26,039 nt of DNA from Octopus sinensis. Lineage: Eukaryota. The position numbers and the translations under genes were made by a program. Position 1 is the first letter of the stretch. Each line of letters opens with the position of its first letter. Shown here one piece after another: positions 20,912-26,039 of this stretch. The notes beneath the pieces are model-generated. The model searched no databases and was not told the origin of the DNA. It saw nothing but the letters and a program-made list of their open reading frames with translations. The DNA lies in contig NW_021835640.1 in NCBI RefSeq assembly GCF_006345805.1, forward strand, positions 1 to 26,039, given 5' to 3'.

Positions 20912-21021
20912 CATATATATATATACATATATATATATACATATATATATAGATACATATAATTATATATATATTTATATATATATATATATATTATATA
21001 TATATATATATATAGTATATA
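19904..21021. repeat. (TA)n field with an embedded 76 bp direct duplication (20041-20116 = 20674-20749)
   Basis: Directly visible. Confidence 0.92.
20195..20559 (-). mobile_element. Non-autonomous Helitron-like element
   Basis: Minus strand A/TC...cccgagcaacgccggg...CTAG/T. The 3' ~70 bp is shared with 14661-15060 but the 5' body differs. Confidence 0.82.
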
Positions 21022-21038
21022 TCATCGTCATCATCAGC

Positions 21039-21215
21039 GGTAAGAGAGTCCAGTTGCTGGACATTGTTGTAGAGCTCTCCTACCCTGATGTAATCTCCAG
21101 GGATACAGGCATCCAGCAACAGGCCTCCGTAATGCCATGATGGACCATCAAGTCTGCCGTAGCATGGTAAATTCCATTGTCTCGCCCAAGGTCGAACAAT
21201 GATGATGATGATGAT
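21039..21215 (+). mobile_element. Internally deleted RTE 3' fragment (same family as the 10.9-13.3 kb array), followed by a SINE-B tail stub
   Basis: gagagtccag..gctggacattgttgtagagct joined to ctcctaccctgatg...gtcgaacaa(TGA)n. Confidence 0.85.
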
Positions 21216-21339
21216 TAGCCCTTTGTGGGTAGTAAAGAAATAGATATATTCCATTGTAATTAAGGTGGAAGGTTTTTATCTACAGGGCGAGGTCAGAATA
21301 AACGGTTGATAAGAAAGTACTCTTGAGAAAGTATCGTAC

Positions 21340-21511
21340 CATTGTCTTCACTTTAGTTTCCTTATTTCCATACAAAACACCATAGAAAAGACCGTTGAAA
21401 GATTTTTCCTCTACTTTGGTAATACCAACACCAATATTTGAATATGCAATTGTGAGTGGTTGCCCTTCCAGTGGAATCTCTTCAGGGATTGCTTCTAAAA
21501 TGTCCAGCATT
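21340..21511 (-). CDS. aGPCR exon, GAIN: (R)MLDILEAIPEEIPLEGQPLTIAYSNIGVGITKVEEKSFNGLFYGVLYGNKETKVKTM
   Basis: Acceptor ttttcttgattttctcacag, donor gtacga; 172 nt = 1 nt + 57 codons; overlaps ORF 21280..21510. Confidence 0.9.
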
Positions 21512-21615
21512 CTGTGAGAAAATCAAGAAAATATATTTCAAATGAGTGTTTCAAATACGTAATTAGATATAGGTGTAATTACACTTATTATATTGATTAA
21601 CAAATCTTTTTATGT

Positions 21616-22691
21616 TTAGCGGTATTTCGTCTGCCGTTACGTTCTGAGTTCAAATTCCGCCGAGGTCGACTTTGCCTTTCATCCTTTCGGGGTCGATAAA
21701 TTAAGTACTAGTTACGCACTGGGGTCGATATAATCGACTTAATCCCTTTGTGCTTGTTTGTCCCCTCTGTGTTTAGCCCCTTGTGGGCAATAAAGAAATA
21801 GGTATTTCGTCTGCTGTTACGTTCTGAGTTCAAATTCCGCCGAGGTCGACTTTGCCTTTCATCCTTTCGGGGTCGATAAATAAAGTACCAGTTACGCACT
21901 GGGTTCGATGTAATCGACTTAATCCCTTTGTGCTTGTTTGTCCCCTCTGTGTTTAGCCCCTTGTGGGCAATAAAGAAATAGGTATTTCGTCTGCTGTTAC
22001 GTCCTGAGTTCAAATTCCGCCGAGGTGTGACTTTGCCTTTCATCCTTTCGGGGTCGATAAATAAAGTACCAGTTACGCACTGGGTTCGATGTAATCGACT
22101 TAATCCCTTTGTGCTTGTTTGTCCCCTCTGTGTTAGCCCCTTGAGGGCAATAAAGAAATAGGTATTTCTTCTGTGTTACGTCCTGAGTTCAAATTCCGCC
22201 GAGGTTGACTTTGCCTTTCATCCTTTCGGGGTCGATAAATAAAGTACCAGTTAGCACTGGGGTCGATGTATCGACTTAATCCCTTTGGCTTATTTGTCCC
22301 CTCTGTGTTTAGCCCCTGTGGGCAATAAAGAAATAGGTATTTCGTCTGTTACGTTCTGAGTTCAAAATCCCGGAGGTCGACTTTGCCTTTCATCCTTTCG
22401 GGGTCGATAAATTAAGTACCAGTTACGCACTGGGGTCGATATAATCGACTAATCCCTTTGTGCTTATTTGTCCCCTCTGTGTTAGCCCCTTGTGGGCAAT
22501 AAAGAAATAGGTATTTCGTCTGTCTGTGTACGTTTTGAGTTCAAAATCCGCCGAAGTCGACTTTGCCTTCATCCTTCGTGGGTCGATAAATTAAGTACCA
22601 GTTACGCACTGGGGTCGATATAATCGACTTATCTCTTTGTGTGTGCTTATTTGTCCCCTCTGTGTTTAGCCCCTTGTGGGCATAAAGAATA
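21616..22691 (+). repeat. 6 x ~180 bp tandem array of headless SINE-B bodies
   Basis: Units start at ggtatttc: 21621, 21801, 21981, 22161, 22336, 22510. Confidence 0.93.
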
Positions 22692-22812
22692 TATGCTACT
22701 GTTGCTACTGGGGGTGGGGACAGTATTGTTGATACAGCTGCTGCTGCTGCTTCTATTAATGCTTCTACTTCCTCTCCTCCTCCTCTCCTTCATTTTCTTT
22801 TTTTTTCTTTCT

Positions 22813-22851
<39 letters not shown>

Positions 22852-22860
22852 TATACTACT
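22813..22860. repeat. (CTA)n microsatellite
   Basis: Directly visible. Confidence 0.95.
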
Positions 22861-22895
22861 AGTTACACTGACAATAAATGTGATTTGAACTTTAC

Positions 22896-23130
22896 CTGCT
22901 CCCAGTTCTCTTTGATTTTTCAGCTTCGAACCAAAATCTCTTCCGGTGTGTTTATCATATCGTTGATACTAAGAAGAAGTTGTTATGCAGTGTTATATTA
23001 GCGGACACATTCGATATCAATGGCAGCATTTTCTCATGAATATCAAACAGCCAAGTCAATATCTTCTACTTTGAAATACACTGATTTCTTGGAAATATCG
23101 CTGAGCTTTGTTGAAACCCCTCAACATTTT
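22896..23130 (-). CDS. aGPCR exon, GAIN subdomain A, frameshifted: ~ENVE-VSTKLSDISKKSVYFKVEDIDLAV-DIHEKMLPLISNVSANITLHN-LLSINDMINTPEEILV-EAEKSKRTGS(R)
   Basis: Acceptor ttttcaattttccattgcag ends at 23131 and donor gtaaag starts at 22895. The exon ends ...agc ag, which completes AGA (Arg) with the first base of the next exon. About 4 small indels are needed to read through. The uncorrected frame hits TAG at 23068-23066. Confidence 0.75.
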
Positions 23131-23261
23131 CTGCAATGGAAAATTGAAAATGAAATTTAAGGAAATTTACATTCGCTTTCAGATAAATATTTAAATGCAA
23201 ATTATATTTCAACTACTATTTCTAAATCTAGAAGTTAACTCCGAATTCTTATAGCATATAT

Positions 23262-23443
23262 CAGTGGTTTTCAACCGGTTCCGCCAGTACAGTCCAGGGG
23301 TTCCGCAAGAAGTTACAAAAATGCTAAAATCTCCTGCGCAGATATGTGTGCATAAAACTATTAAAATTATTGCACAGAGGTTCCTCGAGCCAGTGGAATG
23401 TTTCCTTGGGGTTCCGCTCCAGCAAAAAGTTTGAAAAGCACTG
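23262..23443. mobile_element. hAT-like MITE (182 bp)
   Basis: TIRs cagtggttttcaa and ttgaaaagcactg; 8 bp flanks gcatatat and gcatagag (6/8). Confidence 0.75.
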
Positions 23444-23494
23444 GCATAGAGACTACTAAATGTGTTCAGTTCATCAGTTGTATCTCCTTGTTGT

Positions 23495-23876
23495 GTGGAG
23501 GCGCAATGGCCAGTGGTTAGGTCAGCGGACCGCGGTCATAGGATCGCGGTTTCGATTCCCAGACCGGGCGTTGTGAGTGTTTATTGAGCGAAAAAACCTA
23601 AAGCTCCACGAGGCTCCGGCAGGGGATGGTGGTGATCCTGCTGACTCTTTCACCACAACTTTCTCTCACTCTTACTTCCTGTTTCTCTTGTACCTGTACT
23701 TCAAAGGGCCGGCCTTGTCACTCTCTGTGTCACGCTGAATATCCCCAAAACTACGTTAAGGGTGCACGTCTGTGTGGAGTGCTCAGCCACTTGCACGTTA
23801 ATTTCACGAGCAGTCTGTTCCGTTGATTCGGATCAACCGGAACCTTCGTCGTCGTAACCGACGGAGTGCTTCCACA
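23495..23876 (+). mobile_element. SINE-C full-length, 11 bp TSD ctccttgttgt
   Basis: TSD at 23484-23494 and 23877-23887. Confidence 0.92.
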
Positions 23877-23928
23877 CTCCTTGTTGTACATCCTTAGCGT
23901 CTTCTAGTTTGTGGACTCAACTGAAACA

Positions 23929-24121
23929 GGCTGGCAAGCTGGCAGAATCGTCAGCAGGGCGGAGCGAAATGCTTAGCGTTATTTGCGTCGTTACCGTTCT
24001 GTGTTTTCAAATTACGCCAAGGTCGACTTTACCTTTCATTCTTTCGGGTCGATTAAATAAGTACCACCTCTTGTTTGTCTCCTCTATGTTTAGCCGCCTG
24101 TAGGCAATAAAGAAATAAATA
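23929..24121 (+). mobile_element. Old diverged SINE-B copy
   Basis: Degenerate head, gtcgactttacctttcat and aataaagaaata tail. Confidence 0.75.
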
Positions 24122-24135
24122 TTTGTTAAAAAAAA

Positions 24136-26039
24136 GTGAAGGTGCATGGCTTAGTGGTTAGGGTGTTGGACTCGTGATTGTAAGATTGTGGTTTCAATTC
24201 CTGGACCAGGCAATACATTGTGTTCTTGAGCAAAACACTTCATTTCACTCCAGAAACAGACTCTCTTAAATGCCTGGATGTGAAGGTTCATGGCTTAGTG
24301 GTTAGGGTGTTGGACTCGTGATTGTAAGATTGTGGTTTCAATTCCTGGACCGGGCGATGCGTTGTGTTCTTGAGCAAAACACTTCATTTCACTCCAGAAA
24401 CAGACTCTCTTAAATGCCTGGATGTGAAGGTTCATGGCTTAGTGGTTAGGGTGTTGGACTCGTGATTGTAAGATTGTGGTTTCAATTCCTGGACCAGGCA
24501 ATACATTGTGTTCTTGAGCAAAACACTTCATTTCACTCCAGAAACAGACTCTCTTAAATGCCTGGATGTGAAGGTTCATGGCTTAGTGGTTAGGGTGTTG
24601 GACTCGTGATTGTAAGATTGTGGTTTCAATTCCTGGACCAGGCAATACATTGTGTTCTTGAGCAAAACACTTCATTTCACTTCCAGAACAGACACTCTTA
24701 AATGCCTGGATGTGAGGTTCATGGCTTAGTGGTTAGGGTGTTGGACTCGTGATTGTAAGATTGTGGTTTCAGTTCCTGGACCAGGCAATACATTGTGTTC
24801 TTGAGCAAACACTTCATTTCACTCAGAAACAGACTCTCTTAATGCCTGGATGTGAAGGTTCATGGCTTAGTGGTTAGGGTGTTGGACTCGTGATTGTAAG
24901 ATTGTGGTTTCAATTCCTGGACCAGGCAATACATTGTGTTCTTGAGCAAAACACTTCATTTCACTCCAGAAACAGACACTCTTAAATGCCTGGATGTGAA
25001 GGTTCATGGCTTAGTGGTTAGGGTGTTGGACTCGTGATTGTAAGATTGTGGTTTCAATTCCTGGACCAGGCAATACATTGTGTTCTTGAGCAAAACACTT
25101 CATTTCACTCCAGAAACAGACACTCTTAAATGCCTGGATGTGAAGGTTCATGGCTTAGTGGTTAGGGTGTTGGACTCGTGATTGTAAGATTGTGGTTTCA
25201 ATTCCTGGGACCAGAGCAATACATTTGTTCTTGAGCAAAACACTTCATTCACTCCAGAAACAGACACTCTTAAATGCCTGGATGTGAAGGTTCATGGCTA
25301 GTGGTTAGGGTGTTGGACTCGTGATTGTAGATTGTGGTTCAATTTCTGGACCAGGCAAATACATGTGTTCTTGAGCAAAACACTTCATTTCACTCCAGAA
25401 ACAGACACTCTTAAATGCCTGGATGTGAAGGTTCATGGCTTAGTGGTTAGGGTGTTGGACTCGTGATTGTAAGATTGTGGTTTCAATTCCTGGACCAGGC
25501 AATACATTGTGTTCTTGAGCAAAACACTTCATTTCACTCCAGAAACAGACACTCTTAAATGCCTGGATGTGAAGGTTCATGGCTTAGTGGTTAGGGTGTT
25601 GGACTCGTGATTGTAAGATTGTGGTTTCAATTCCTGGACCAGGCAATACATTGTGTTCTTGAGCAAAACACTTCATTTCACTCCAGAAACAGATACTCTT
25701 AAATGCCTGGATGTGAAGGTTCATGGCTTAGTGGTTGTTGGGTGGTGTTGGACTCGTGATTGTAAGATTGTGGTTTCAATTCCTGGACCAGGCAATACAA
25801 TACATTGTGGTTCTGAGCAAAAAACACTTCATTTCACTCCAGAAACAGACACTCTTAAATGCTGGATGTGAAGGTCATGGCTTAGTGGTTGGTGTTGGAC
25901 TCGTGATTGTAAGATTGTGGTTTCAATTCCTGGACCAGGCAATACATTGTGTTCTTGAGCAAACACTTCATTTCACTCCAGCAGAAAACAACACTCTTAA
26001 ATGCCTGGATGTGAAGGTTCATGGCTTAGTGGTTAGGGT
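24136..26039 (+). repeat. 144 bp tandem array of a tRNA-derived SINE head (13 complete units + 1 partial; runs off the window)
   Basis: Units start at 24136, 24280, 24424, 24568, 24712, 24852, 24996, 25140, 25284, 25425, 25569, 25713, 25868 and 26011. Each has an A box tggcttagtgg and a B-box-like ggtttcaattcc. Confidence 0.95.

Larger units (their letters stand above)
409..23130 (-). other. Adhesion GPCR gene (GAIN-GPS-7TM, ADGRG-like), partial; 9 exons in window, continues beyond position 1
   Basis: Manual minus-strand exon assembly. All introns are GT-AG with polypyrimidine tracts. Junction phases 2,0,0,0,0,2,0,1 join in frame. The joined peptide has GAIN-like segments, GPS CVYW...WSGEGC...CSCNHLTSFAIIM, and family-B-like TM2 (KILVNLCISLA) and TM3 (HYFLLTSLMWMAVEA). 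Family assignment is from motif recognition. Confidence 0.93.

Noticed and set aside
19825-20962. Several YIYI-rich ORFs
   Set aside because: Translations of (TA)n microsatellite.
21621-22691. Retrozyme (hammerhead-bearing tandem repeat)
   Set aside because: No CUGANGA...GAAA core found on either strand of the 180 bp unit; the same holds for the 144 bp unit.
24136-26039. tRNA gene cluster or CRISPR array
   Set aside because: Acceptor stem does not pair convincingly, the B box has an extra T, and the sequence continues into SINE body. There are no unique spacers and no cas genes.

Overview
AT-rich, repeat-dense eukaryotic DNA. The SINE families and simple repeats look like those of coleoid cephalopods, most likely Octopus (inference from recall, not a database match). 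The key host feature, missed by the ORF track, is a multi-exon adhesion GPCR gene on the minus strand. I assembled nine GT-AG exons (22896-23130, 21340-21511, 17321-17479, 10595-10723, 8628-8768, 5868-5986, 3380-3503, 1960-2104, 409-481). Their splice phases join consistently, and they encode the GAIN domain, a canonical GPS (CVYW...WSGEGC...CSCNHL/TSFAIIM), the Stachel and TM1-TM4. The gene runs off the left edge and its start was not found. The 22896-23130 exon carries about 4 frameshifting indels. The introns hold three tRNA-headed SINE groups (working labels SINE-A, -B, -C), CR1 and RTE LINE 3' fragments, two non-autonomous Helitron-like elements, a Tc1/mariner MITE, a hAT MITE and long microsatellites. 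Unusual structures include a fold-back Penelope-type hammerhead ribozyme motif, a 5-unit RTE-tail array with A-B-A-B order plus an inverted copy, a 6 x 180 bp SINE-body array, a 144 bp tRNA-like/Pol III promoter array of at least 13 units, a nested inverted duplication flanked by a 12 bp direct repeat, and a competing +4 splice donor just after the GPS. No prokaryotic genes, rRNA or CRISPR were seen.
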